64,000 nt of DNA from Candidatus Lustribacter sp. (GTDB taxonomy: Bacteria > Vulcanimicrobiota > Vulcanimicrobiia > Vulcanimicrobiales > Vulcanimicrobiaceae), in NCBI GenBank assembly GCA_965277805.1, contig OZ255842.1, forward strand, positions 4,544,001 through 4,608,000, written 5' to 3'. The position numbers and the translations under genes were made by a program. Each line of letters opens with the position of its first letter. Position 1 is the first letter of the stretch. Shown here piece after piece: positions 28,993-38,693 of the stretch. The notes beneath the pieces were generated by a model, which saw only the letters and a list, made by a program, of their open reading frames with translations, had not been told where the DNA came from and made no database searches.

Positions 28993-30342
28993 TTATACCG
29001 GGGCTGGGGCGGGCTTCTTCGTGATGAACGGTAAGACGATCGCGATGAGGAGCATGACGGCCATCGGCAGCAGCGCTCCGGAGAACGATCCCGTCTTGTC
29101 CTTGACCGCGCCCGCGATGTAGGGGCCGACTAAGCCGCCGACGCCCCAGGCCGTGATGATGTAACCGTAGTTCTGACCGAGATACTTCGTACCGAAGTAG
29201 TCGGCGTTGAACGACGGCATCGTGCCGAAGCCGCCGCCGTAACACGCCAGAATGATCGCGAAGGCGATCAGCACGGCGGCCACGCTGTGCAAGCCGGAGA
29301 GCACGAAGAAGATCACGACTTGGCACGCGTAGATGCACACCCAGGTCATGTTGCGCCCGATGCGATCGGAAACGGCGCCCCAGAAGAAGCGGCCGAGACC
29401 GTTGAACACCGCGACGAACGCATACGCGCTGATCGCCGTGCCGGTGAGCGCTTTGACCGCGTCGGGATCGGTGACACCCTTCGAGATCAACTCGCGAATG
29501 ATCGGCACCGCGTTCGAGACGATCAGGATGCCGGCGACGACGTTGAGGAACAGCATCAGCCAGAGCAGATAGAGCTGCGGCATGCGCAGCACTTGGGCCG
29601 GCGTATACGAACCTTCATGTGAGGCTGCGGCCGCGGTTGCGCCGGCGACGGTGTAGCCGGCGGGCGGATTCTGCAGCAACATCGCGCACAGGCCGCCGGC
29701 GATCGCATACACGATGCCGCTGACGAGCAGCACTTGCATGATGGCGGCAATATCGGCGGCCGGCATCGCGTGCGCGGCGGCGTCGAACGGCGTTCCGGCA
29801 ACGACCGCTGCCGACTTGGCGTCGGCATATGCGCCCGCATCCTTCGAGGCTTGCACGAATCCGGGCACAGCCTTCAACACGAAGCCGTAGATGAACGCGC
29901 CGAGACCGAAGCCCATCACCACCATGCCGCTGGCGAGACCGCGCTTGTCGGGGAACCATTTCGTAACGGTCGCGACCGGCGTGATGTAGGCCATACCGTT
30001 CCCGAAGCCGCCGATCACGCCATAGGTGAGGTCCCACCACCACACGTCGTGCGGACCGACCGCTGCGAGCAGATTGCCGATTCCCCACAGGACGATGCCG
30101 GTGATGGTGACGTTGCGCGGTCCGACTGAGTCTTGCCAGCGTCCGCCGGCGACCGCGCCGATTCCGATGAAGAAGATCGCTAGACCGAAGACGAGGCTGG
30201 CCTGCGTCGATGACCACCCGAACGAGGCGATCAGGGGTTGCGTGAAGTTACTCCACGCGTAGACCGTACCGGCGAGGATCATTACGAGGACCCCCGCCCA
30301 TGCAATCGCCCAGCGATTGCCGGGTGCCGCTGTATCTGCCAT
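28993..30342 (-). CDS. OFA family MFS transporter (oxalate/formate antiporter-like)
   Basis: GTVYAWS, KWFPDKRGLASGMVVMGFGLG, NGLGRFFWGAVSDRIGR and CYGGGFG. Confidence 0.9.
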   Translation of the reverse strand: MADTAAPGNRWAIAWAGVLVMILAGTVYAWSNFTQPLIASFGWSSTQASLVFGLAIFFIGIGAVAGGRWQDSVGPRNVTITGIVLWGIGNLLAAVGPHDVWWWDLTYGVIGGFGNGMAYITPVATVTKWFPDKRGLASGMVVMGFGLGAFIYGFVLKAVPGFVQASKDAGAYADAKSAAVVAGTPFDAAAHAMPAADIAAIMQVLLVSGIVYAIAGGLCAMLLQNPPAGYTVAGATAAAASHEGSYTPAQVLRMPQLYLLWLMLFLNVVAGILIVSNAVPIIRELISKGVTDPDAVKALTGTAISAYAFVAVFNGLGRFFWGAVSDRIGRNMTWVCIYACQVVIFFVLSGLHSVAAVLIAFAIILACYGGGFGTMPSFNADYFGTKYLGQNYGYIITAWGVGGLVGPYIAGAVKDKTGSFSGALLPMAVMLLIAIVLPFITKKPAPAPV

Positions 30343-30432
30343 GAGAACGCTCCCTCCAACGAGTCCGGGCCCTGCCTCGGAAGGCAGAGCTAGCTGTTAA
30401 GGGAGACCTTGGTTGCTTGAAAACCAGTTCCT

Positions 30433-30789
30433 CTAGCGGAAGCCTTCAGTGAAGGTTTGTTCCCGGGCAACCGCTAGTAGCCGCGGTCCGAGAGCGATCA
30501 GCAAGAGCAGCGTCATCAGGAAGAACGTGGGATGGACGAAGGCGAGGTGGCCGTGCGGTATCGTCCGGCAGCCGACGTCGGTGAAGGCCATCGCCATGCA
30601 GAAGATGCCGTAACCGAGCTGGAGCCGGTAGTGCGGATCGATGCGCGACCCGAAAAACGACCGCTTGTGCCCCGGCAGTACCCAATAGAGCAGCGGCACG
30701 GCGAGGGCCAGACAGACGCCGCCGGTCACCAGACCGTAGACGATGTTGAACGTTTCGCTGCCTTCGAGAAAACCGAACATCTGCAGCAC
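30433..30789 (-). CDS. small hypothetical membrane protein (~3 TM)
   Basis: 118-aa ORF with three hydrophobic helices filling the gap. Confidence 0.55.
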   Translation of the reverse strand: MLQMFGFLEGSETFNIVYGLVTGGVCLALAVPLLYWVLPGHKRSFFGSRIDPHYRLQLGYGIFCMAMAFTDVGCRTIPHGHLAFVHPTFFLMTLLLLIALGPRLLAVAREQTFTEGFR

Positions 30790-30835
30790 CGAGTTCGCCG
30801 ACGGAGCGAACCCCTCCGTTGACGAAAAGCGGCGG

Positions 30836-31780
30836 ATGGACGGATCCCTGACGGTATACGCGAACGGCGGCTTCTGCCGTTACGACGAGGCCAAGATCGG
30901 CCTCATGACCCACGCGCTGCACTACGGCACCGGGTGCTTCGAGGGCGTGCGTGGCTTCTGGTCGACGCACGATGAGGAGCTCTATCTCTTCCAGCTCGAG
31001 GATCATTACGAGCGCCTTCACGCCTCGTCCAAGATCATCATGATGAAGGTGCCGCATACGGTCGCGGAACTGGTGAAGATCACGACCGAACTGTGCGCGC
31101 GCAACAACTTCCGTCACGACGTCTACGTGCGGCCGCTGATGTACAAGTCGAACGAAGAGATCGGCGTGCGCCTGCACGATGTGCGCGACGCGCTGGCGAT
31201 CGTCGCGATGCCGTTCGACCGCTACTTCGATGCCACCGCCGGTTTGAATTGCACGGTGAGCGCCTGGCGGCGCATCGACGATACGACCGCGCCCGCACGC
31301 GCCAAAGTCACCGGGGTGTACATCAACTCCGCGCTCGCCAAGAGCGAGGCGATCCTCAACGGCTACGACGAGGCGATCCTGCTCTCGGCCGACGGTCACG
31401 TTTCCGAAGGCAGCGCCGAGAACATCTTCATCGTGAAGAAGGGCGTGATCTACACGCCGGACGCCTCGCAGAACATCCTCGAAGGCTGCACCCGCAAAAC
31501 GCTGATGACGCTGGCCGACGCCGAACTCGGGCTGACGGTCGTGGAACGCGCGATCGATCGCAGCGAACTCTTCACTGCGGATGAAGTGTTCATCAGCGGC
31601 AGCGCCGCCGGCTTACAATTCGTTCGCGCCGTCGATCATCGCATCGTCGGCGACGGCACGCAGGGTCCGATCGCGACGAAGCTCGCCGACCTCTACGACA
31701 AGGTCGTGCGCGGCGCGCTGCCGACCTACCATCCGTGGCTCACGCGCACGTACGGCAGCCGCAAACCCGCCGCGGTGTAA
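30836..31780 (+). CDS. ilvE: Branched-chain amino acid aminotransferase
   Basis: THALHYGTGCFEG, AKVTGVYINS (PLP Lys), GYDEAI, SEGSAENIF and ILEGCTR. Confidence 0.95.
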   Translation: MDGSLTVYANGGFCRYDEAKIGLMTHALHYGTGCFEGVRGFWSTHDEELYLFQLEDHYERLHASSKIIMMKVPHTVAELVKITTELCARNNFRHDVYVRPLMYKSNEEIGVRLHDVRDALAIVAMPFDRYFDATAGLNCTVSAWRRIDDTTAPARAKVTGVYINSALAKSEAILNGYDEAILLSADGHVSEGSAENIFIVKKGVIYTPDASQNILEGCTRKTLMTLADAELGLTVVERAIDRSELFTADEVFISGSAAGLQFVRAVDHRIVGDGTQGPIATKLADLYDKVVRGALPTYHPWLTRTYGSRKPAAV

Positions 31781-31783
31781 AAC

Positions 31784-34700
31784 CTAAACAGTCGCCCTTG
31801 CGGCCAAACGCGCGGCCATCTCCGCTGCCGCGGTCGATTCGAGACGGCCGCCGGCCGCAAGCAAATCGCCTAGCCGTTCGGCGGAAAGCTGCGCGCGCAG
31901 ATCCGCGAACATCGTGTCGCGCAACGATTTGGAGACGGTCTCGCGCCGGATGCCGAACGACTGGAACGCGGAGTCTGCGAAGCCCATGAGACGCGCGGCG
32001 GTTTCAGGCGCGTTCGATACGAGTGCAAAGGCGGCGGCCCCCTGGATGACGAGCGCCAGGCCGAGCGTGTTCTCCGTGCGCCGCACAATTTCGAGCGCCT
32101 CGGCGAGGGCTTCGGCAACGCCCTCGACCCGTCCGATCGAGAGCGAGAACTGCACGATGTCGGAGAGCGCGTTCACGAGCCCGCGGCGGTCGCTGATATC
32201 GCGCCGCACGTCGGCGGCGATGCGCGCGGCCGCGATCGCTTCATCGTAGCGGCCTAAGCGGAAGTACAAGTTGCTCATGCCGTGATGGGAGAGCGCGAGG
32301 CCGAAGTCGTTCTCGAGCACGCGGCAGAGGGAGATGCTCTCCTCGTACATGATTTCGGCGTCGAGCGGATCGGAACCGGTGAGAAAGTTCGCGAGACGGC
32401 GCAGGAAGCTCGCTTGATAGACGAAGTCGTGCACGTCACGCGCGAGCTCGAGACCTTCGCGTGCGATCACCGCGGCTTCTTCCAGCCGGTCGTTGTGCAA
32501 GAGCGCGGTCGCGTAGGCATTCAGCGCTTCGAGCCGCCACTTCGTTTCCGGCGCTTCACGCAGCAACTCGTACGCTTCTTGCGCGGCCTCGAGTTCGGCT
32601 TCGGTGCCCCCGAACGCGCCGTAGCGTGAGGCGAGTTCCGCGCGGCGCGTCAGCACGCGGCCGCGCAGGTGCGGGCGCTTGCCGGCAGCCAGCGCATCGC
32701 GCGCGTAGGTGTTCCAATTCGCCCATTCGCTCCAGCGTCCGAGCGACGACGTCTCGACCAGCGCGGCGCAGATTTCCACGCCGGTCAGCGGATCGTGGCC
32801 GTCGCGCAGCGTCCACTCGAGGGCGGCGCGCACGTTGTCGAGGTCCTCGATGAGCGGCGCGATCCAGGCGCGATACGAGCCTTGGCCTTCGGCGAGGCTC
32901 GCGGCGTCGACTTGCACGCGATAGTAGGCGGCGTGGCGCGCGCTGACGGCTTGGCGTTCGCCGCCGGCATCGAGTTTTTCGATCGCGTACTCGCGCGTCG
33001 ACTCCAAGAGCCGGTAGCGAGGGGCCTCGAACACCACCAGCGACTTGTCGACCAGCGCCGAGAGCGCGCCGAAGACCGCATCGGGTGAGAGATCGTGATC
33101 GGTGCAGACTTCGAGAATCGCCGGCAGCGTGCAGCCGCCGGTGAAGATGGCGAGCCGCCCGAAGAGCGCGCGCTCCGCGGCTCCGAGCAGGTCGTAGCTC
33201 CAATCGATCGTTGCGCGCAACGTCTGCTGGTGCGGCAACGCGCTGCGATCGTTCGCGCTGAGCAAACGGAAGCGCGAATCGAGCAGCGCGGCGATTTGCG
33301 ACACGTCGAGCACGCGCACGCGTGCGGCGGCGAGCTCGATCGCGAGCGCGATGCCGTCGAGGCGCCGGCAGATCTCCGCGATGAGCGGCGCGTTCGCGTC
33401 GGTAAGCGCGAAGGTGTCGTCGGCAGCGCGCGCGCGTTCGACGAACAGCGCAACGGCGGAGTATGCGGCCGCATCGACCGCGCGCAGCGCCGCGGTCCCG
33501 AGCGGCGTCGCGTGCGGGGGAACGCGATAGGTGGCTTCGCCCGCCACGCCGAGCGGTTCGCGGCTGGTCGAGAGCACGCGAATGCGCGGCGCGTCCCGGA
33601 TGATGGCGGCGATCGTGCGCGCGGCCGTGGCGACGAGATGCTCGCAGTTGTCGATCACCAGCAGCAAGTGGCGCTCGCGCAACGCCGCGAGCAGCGATGA
33701 GAGCGACGAGCGATCGGCGTGTTCTTCGACGCCGAAGAGCGTGGAGAAGGCGGAGACGACGTGCGCCTCATCACCGAGCGGCGCCAGCTCCACGAGCCAC
33801 ACGCCGTCGGGATAGCGCGCCAGCTGCCGGCGCGCGACCTCGAGCGAGAGCCGCGTCTTTCCGACGCCGCCCGCACCGAGCAGCGTGACGACGCGGTACT
33901 CTCCGAGCAGATCTTCGACCCGCGCGACGTCGTCGTCGCGACCGATCAGCGTCGCGCTCGCGACCGGCAAGTTGTTGGGCGTGGGCAGCGGCGAAGCCGG
34001 GCGTTCGTACGTATCGGAATCGGAGGGATCGACGACGACGATGCGGTCGCGCCCGGTGCCCTTGGCGCGGTAGAGCGCGCGGTCGGCGGTTTCGAGCAAT
34101 TCGCGATAGTGTGCGCCGCGCTTGGGAACGATCGAGGCCACGCCCACGCTGACCGTGACGACCCCGCGCGGCGCCGAATCGTGTGCGATGGCCAGCGTTT
34201 CGACCGCCGCGCGCAAGCGTTCCGCCACCTTGGCGGCGCAGCGCGATTCGGCGTCGGGGATCACGACCCCGAACTCCTCGCCGCCGTAGCGCGCGAAGCA
34301 ATCGGTCGCGCGCACGACGCTGGCTTTGCACGCGCGCGCGATCTGACGCAGACACGCGTCGCCCTGCGGGTGGCCGTAGGCATCGTTGTAGTTCTTGAAG
34401 TGATCGATGTCGAGCAGCGCGATCGCGATCGGTTTTTTCGCGCGGATCGCGCGCGTCCACTCACGTTCGAGCGCGGCGTCGAAGGCACGCCGGTTCGGCA
34501 CGCCGGTGAGCCCGTCCATGATCGTGAGCTCTTCGAGATGGCGCGCATGCTCGCGCAGTGCGGCCTTCTGCAGCGCGAGCGAGAGATAGCCGGCAAACGC
34601 GTCGCAGAGCGCGAGCCCGTCTTCGTCATACACGTCGCGGCGCGAGATCATCCAGACGGCACCGCTCACGCGGCCGTCGTCACGCAGCGCCGCGTAGGCG

Positions 34701-34993
34701 CGGTTGAGGTCGAGGCGCGGCACGCCGTCGGCCAGCACGGCGCGCGCGATCGCATCGTCGACCACCTCGTGGCAGGCCTTGAAGTTCGAGCGCGTCCGAC
34801 GCCAGCGCACGGTGCAGCCCTGCGAATCGGCCAGGGCCAGCGTCACCTCGCTCGCATCGGCTGCCCGCAGCAACCGCGAGCACACCGCATCGAGGATCGT
34901 CTCGAGCGGGCCGCTCCCGTTGATGAGAGCAGCCGTCTCGCGCAGCACATCGCGGACCGCTTGGCGACGGCCGTCGGGTCGAGGTTGAAACAT
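31784..34993 (-). CDS. GAF-GGDEF diguanylate cyclase fused to STAND (NB-ARC/AfsR-like) ATPase and TPR domain
   Basis: DGLTGVPNRR, DIDHFK.YND.YGH..GD and RATD-x5-GGEEF, then Walker A GAGGVGKT, Walker B LLVIDNCEH, LDGIALAIELAA and a helical C-terminus. Confidence 0.9.
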   Translation of the reverse strand: MFQPRPDGRRQAVRDVLRETAALINGSGPLETILDAVCSRLLRAADASEVTLALADSQGCTVRWRRTRSNFKACHEVVDDAIARAVLADGVPRLDLNRAYAALRDDGRVSGAVWMISRRDVYDEDGLALCDAFAGYLSLALQKAALREHARHLEELTIMDGLTGVPNRRAFDAALEREWTRAIRAKKPIAIALLDIDHFKNYNDAYGHPQGDACLRQIARACKASVVRATDCFARYGGEEFGVVIPDAESRCAAKVAERLRAAVETLAIAHDSAPRGVVTVSVGVASIVPKRGAHYRELLETADRALYRAKGTGRDRIVVVDPSDSDTYERPASPLPTPNNLPVASATLIGRDDDVARVEDLLGEYRVVTLLGAGGVGKTRLSLEVARRQLARYPDGVWLVELAPLGDEAHVVSAFSTLFGVEEHADRSSLSSLLAALRERHLLLVIDNCEHLVATAARTIAAIIRDAPRIRVLSTSREPLGVAGEATYRVPPHATPLGTAALRAVDAAAYSAVALFVERARAADDTFALTDANAPLIAEICRRLDGIALAIELAAARVRVLDVSQIAALLDSRFRLLSANDRSALPHQQTLRATIDWSYDLLGAAERALFGRLAIFTGGCTLPAILEVCTDHDLSPDAVFGALSALVDKSLVVFEAPRYRLLESTREYAIEKLDAGGERQAVSARHAAYYRVQVDAASLAEGQGSYRAWIAPLIEDLDNVRAALEWTLRDGHDPLTGVEICAALVETSSLGRWSEWANWNTYARDALAAGKRPHLRGRVLTRRAELASRYGAFGGTEAELEAAQEAYELLREAPETKWRLEALNAYATALLHNDRLEEAAVIAREGLELARDVHDFVYQASFLRRLANFLTGSDPLDAEIMYEESISLCRVLENDFGLALSHHGMSNLYFRLGRYDEAIAAARIAADVRRDISDRRGLVNALSDIVQFSLSIGRVEGVAEALAEALEIVRRTENTLGLALVIQGAAAFALVSNAPETAARLMGFADSAFQSFGIRRETVSKSLRDTMFADLRAQLSAERLGDLLAAGGRLESTAAAEMAARLAARATV

Positions 34994-35064
34994 GAACCGG
35001 CCTTATTCGCAAGAGGGCGGCCGGTACCAGTTGGCCGTTCGGCCGAGAACCAAGCCCGAGGGCG

Positions 35065-37182
35065 CTACAAGAGCCGTTCGGGGACGATCGGCAGATCGCG
35101 CACGCGCCGGCCGCTCGCGTGATAGACGGCGTTCGCGACGGCTGCGGCGACGCCGGTGATCCCGATCTCGCCGGCTCCGCGCACCCCGAGGGCGTTGAAC
35201 GTGAGGTCGGGATGGTCGACGAACCCGATCTCGATCGGCGGCACGTCGGCGTTGACCGGCACCCGGTAGTCGGCCAGGTTGTTGGTGACGATCGCTCCGG
35301 TGCGCGGGTCGCGCACGGTGTCCTCGAGCAGCGCCATCCCGAGCCCCATGATGATCCCGCCCATCATTTGCGAGCGGGCGGTTTTCGGATTGAGGATGCG
35401 GCCGCAATCGAAGAAGCCGGTGAAGCGCGCGATGCGCAACCGCGCGAGTTCTTCGTCGTAGCGCACTTCGCAGAACTGCGCGCCGAACGAATGGAATGAA
35501 TGCCGGGTCTCATCGACCTCGCCCGAACCCGAGCCCGTGGCCTCGAGACCGGCCGGCGCAGCGGCGAGGTTGCCGCCGGCCAGCCGCTTCAGCGCCTCGC
35601 ACGCGTCGACGAGCGGCGGCATGACGCTAGCCGTGCTCTGCGAGCCGCCGGCGACGGGCGCCTTCGGATAGGCCGTACTGCCGATCTTCACGGTCACGTC
35701 GGCGAGCGGAATGCCCAGCGTATCGGCCGCGACCTGCGCGATGATCGTGTACATGCCCGTGCCGAGATCGTGCGTGGCGCACTCGATCGTCACCCGGCCG
35801 CCACCCTCGGTGCGCGCGTGCACGTCGGTTGCGCCGGCCATCGCCGGGTACGTCGCGGTCGCCATGCCGTAGCCCACGAACTCGTTGCCGTCGCGCATCG
35901 AGCGCGGCTCCGGCGTGCGTTTCTCCCAGCCGAAACGCCGCGCGCCTTCGCGATAGCACTCGAGCAGATGTTTGCTCGAGAACGGGACGTTGTTGTTCGA
36001 GGGATCTTTCTCCGTATGATTGCGCACGCGCAGCTCGAGCGGATCGGCGTTCACCGCGTAGGCGAGTTCGTCGAGCGCCGACTCGAGCGCGAACAAGCCC
36101 GGACTTTCGCCCGGCGCGCGCATCGGCGCCGGCGTCGCGATGTTGAGGCGCACGGTATGGTGCGTCGTGCGCAGGTTCGGAATTGCGTACAGCATCGGCG
36201 TCGTTTTGCCGGCCGGCTCGTTGAAGTCGCCGGCGAAGCTGCTCGTGTCGATCACGTCGTGCACGAGGCCGGTGATCGCGCCGAACGGCGTGGCCGCGAT
36301 CCTGATGCGCTGCTCGGTTTCCGAGCGATGGCCGTTGGTGCTGAAGAATTGCGCGCGGTCCACCACGAGCTTGACGGACTTGCCGAGCGCCTTCGCCGCC
36401 ATCGCCGCGATCACGGTGTGCGCCCAGACGAAGCCTTTCGAGCCGAAGCCGCCGCCGATGAAGGGCGAGATCACGTGCACGTGCTTGGGGTCGAGGTCGA
36501 AGAAGTGCGCGAGCGTGAACTGCGTGCCGTTGACCCACTGCGTCGAATCGTACACGGTCAGCTCGCCGTTTGCCCACGAAGCAATGGTTGCGGCCGGCTC
36601 CATCGCGTTGTGCGTTTCGGCCGGCGTCGTATAGCAGAGATCGAGCGTGACGGGTGCCGTCTTCAGCGCCGCATCGACGTCACCGCGCTCGACGAAGAGC
36701 GGTGAGCCGAAGAACCTCTCGACCTTTTCCATACGTGCGCGCGTTTCCGCGGTGATTGCGGTGAGCGGCGGCTGCTCGTCGTAGGTGATGTGCAGCAGCG
36801 CGGCGGCAGCGGTAGCGGCTTCGAGCGTCGTCGCGACCACCGCCGCAACGTTCTGCCCCCAGTAGAGAATCTCGTCGCTTTGCAGCGGCGGCAGCTTCGG
36901 CTCCATGAACACGCGCTGGAAGTCGAAGCCGGTCGGCGTGACGCGCGGCGCGTTGCGATGCGTGAAGACCTCGACCACGCCGGCAACGGCTCGCGCGCCG
37001 GCCTCATCGATCGCGCGAATGCGCCCGCGCGCGATCGTGCTTTGCACCAGCACGGCGAAGAGCGGATGTTCGACCGGCGCGTCGGCCGCGTACAGTGCGG
37101 CACCGGTAACTTTGAGCGGCCCGTCGATGCGATCGGTCGGTCGGCCGGTGTTCGCGCGCGCCGGCTCGACAACCGTCGTCAT
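35065..37182 (-). CDS. Xanthine dehydrogenase family molybdopterin-binding subunit (PaoC/YagR-like)
   Basis: KVTGAALYAAD, HNAMEP, IGGGFGSK, MRAPGE, GTGMYT and GAGEIG. Confidence 0.92.
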   Translation of the reverse strand: MTTVVEPARANTGRPTDRIDGPLKVTGAALYAADAPVEHPLFAVLVQSTIARGRIRAIDEAGARAVAGVVEVFTHRNAPRVTPTGFDFQRVFMEPKLPPLQSDEILYWGQNVAAVVATTLEAATAAAALLHITYDEQPPLTAITAETRARMEKVERFFGSPLFVERGDVDAALKTAPVTLDLCYTTPAETHNAMEPAATIASWANGELTVYDSTQWVNGTQFTLAHFFDLDPKHVHVISPFIGGGFGSKGFVWAHTVIAAMAAKALGKSVKLVVDRAQFFSTNGHRSETEQRIRIAATPFGAITGLVHDVIDTSSFAGDFNEPAGKTTPMLYAIPNLRTTHHTVRLNIATPAPMRAPGESPGLFALESALDELAYAVNADPLELRVRNHTEKDPSNNNVPFSSKHLLECYREGARRFGWEKRTPEPRSMRDGNEFVGYGMATATYPAMAGATDVHARTEGGGRVTIECATHDLGTGMYTIIAQVAADTLGIPLADVTVKIGSTAYPKAPVAGGSQSTASVMPPLVDACEALKRLAGGNLAAAPAGLEATGSGSGEVDETRHSFHSFGAQFCEVRYDEELARLRIARFTGFFDCGRILNPKTARSQMMGGIIMGLGMALLEDTVRDPRTGAIVTNNLADYRVPVNADVPPIEIGFVDHPDLTFNALGVRGAGEIGITGVAAAVANAVYHASGRRVRDLPIVPERLL

Positions 37183-38168
37183 GATGCGCTCTCCGCGAGC
37201 GTGCCGAGCACGCGGACGATGGCGCGTTTCGCCAGCTCGACCTTGAACGCGTTCTGCGCCGTCGTTACGGCGCCGGTCATCGCCGCGGCGGCCGCGCGCT
37301 GCAGTAGTTCCGGCGTGGCCTGAGCGCCGTCGAGCACGCGTTCGGCATCTTGCGATCGCCACGGTACGGTTCCGACGCCGCCGAGGGCCACGCGCGAGCG
37401 AGTGATCGTGCCGTCGTGGCCGATCTCGAGCGCCGCGGCCACCGACACGAGCGCGAATTCATACGACGCGCGGTCGCGCAGCTTGAGGTACTGCGAATGA
37501 CGGTAGAGCGGCGCGGGCGTGAGTTCCACGGCCACGATCACGTCGCCGCGTTCGAGGACGGTCTCGCGCTCCGGCGCCTCTTCGGGCAGCCGGTAGAACT
37601 GATCGAGCGTCAGGCGGACTTCGCCGTCGCCGCAGTTGACGATCACCGTTGCGTCGAGGGCGGCCAGCGCCACGGCCATATCGCTCGCGTGCGTTGCGAT
37701 GCAGTGGGCGCTCGTGCCGAGGACAGCGTGCCCGCGGTTGACGCCCGCTAGCGCATCGCAGCCGCTGCCGGGTGCGCGCTTGTTGCAGCGCGAGACGTTG
37801 TCGCGGAAGTACGTGCAGCGCGTGCGCTGCAAGAGATTGCCGCCGACGGTTGCCATGTTGCGCAGTTGCCCCGATGCGCCCGCCGCCAGCGCTTGCGCCA
37901 GCACCGGAAATTCGCGCGCGATCGTCGGATCGTCGGCGACGTCGGAATTGCGTGCAAGCGCGCCGATGCGGACGTGCTGCGGCGTGACCTCGATTGCGGC
38001 CAGCGGCAGCGCGTTGATGTCGATTACCGAGCCCGGACGTTCGACGCCGGCTTTCATCAGATCGAGCAGCGTCGTGCCGCCGGCGATCATCTGCGCGTGC
38101 GGATCGTCGAGCAGCGCGGCGCGCGCGCCGGCCAGCGAATCGACGCGGTGATAGGTGAACGGCTGCAT
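37179..38168 (-). CDS. Xanthine dehydrogenase family FAD-binding subunit (PaoB/YagS-like, with 4Fe-4S insert)
   Basis: AGGTTLLDLMK, ASGQLRNMAT.GGNLLQRTRC.YFR, CNKR.PGSGC and YLKLRDRASYEFAL. Confidence 0.92.
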   Translation of the reverse strand: MQPFTYHRVDSLAGARAALLDDPHAQMIAGGTTLLDLMKAGVERPGSVIDINALPLAAIEVTPQHVRIGALARNSDVADDPTIAREFPVLAQALAAGASGQLRNMATVGGNLLQRTRCTYFRDNVSRCNKRAPGSGCDALAGVNRGHAVLGTSAHCIATHASDMAVALAALDATVIVNCGDGEVRLTLDQFYRLPEEAPERETVLERGDVIVAVELTPAPLYRHSQYLKLRDRASYEFALVSVAAALEIGHDGTITRSRVALGGVGTVPWRSQDAERVLDGAQATPELLQRAAAAAMTGAVTTAQNAFKVELAKRAIVRVLGTLAESAS

Positions 38169-38629
38169 CAGGCGCTGCGCTCCGCGACGGCGCCGATCGC
38201 GTCGACGATGTTCGGATAGGCACCGCAGCGGCAAATGTTGCCGCTCATCCGCTCGCGGATCGTGTCGGGGTCGAGCCTGCGCCCCTCGCCGAGTAAACCG
38301 AGGGCCGACATGATCTGCCCGCTCGTGCAGAAGCCGCACTGAAACGCGTCGTGCTCGACGAACGCCTGCTGCAACGGGTGCAAACCATCCGTGCCGGCCA
38401 CGCCCTCGATCGTGGAAACGTCGTCGTCGCCGTGCATCAGGGCGAGCGTCAAACAGCTGAGCACGCGCCGTCCGTTGACCAGCACCGTGCACGCGCCGCA
38501 CTGCCCGCGGTCGCAGCCCTTCTTCGTGCCGGTCAGCCCGGCGTGTTCGCGCAGCGCGTCGAGGAGCGTCGTCTCGGGCTCGAGGTCGACCTCATGCACG
38601 GAACCATTGATCCGAAGTGAATACCGCAT
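38168..38629 (-). CDS. [2Fe-2S]-binding subunit (PaoA/YagT-like), no Tat leader
   Basis: GTKKGCDRGQCGACTV, QCGFCTSGQ and NICRCGAY. Confidence 0.93.
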   Translation of the reverse strand: MRYSLRINGSVHEVDLEPETTLLDALREHAGLTGTKKGCDRGQCGACTVLVNGRRVLSCLTLALMHGDDDVSTIEGVAGTDGLHPLQQAFVEHDAFQCGFCTSGQIMSALGLLGEGRRLDPDTIRERMSGNICRCGAYPNIVDAIGAVAERSA

Positions 38630-38659
38630 GATCTCCCCGCTCTATACCCCGTTGTGGCG

Positions 38660-38683
38660 ATCCCTCGCAAAGCTCGGGATGAC
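38660..38683 (-). repeat. REP-like palindrome GTCATCCCGAGCTTTGCGAGGGAT
   Basis: Intergenic, with a GTCA foot plus imperfect stem. It is similar to the element at 11320-11360. Confidence 0.55.
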
Positions 38684-38693
38684 GGGGGCCGTT

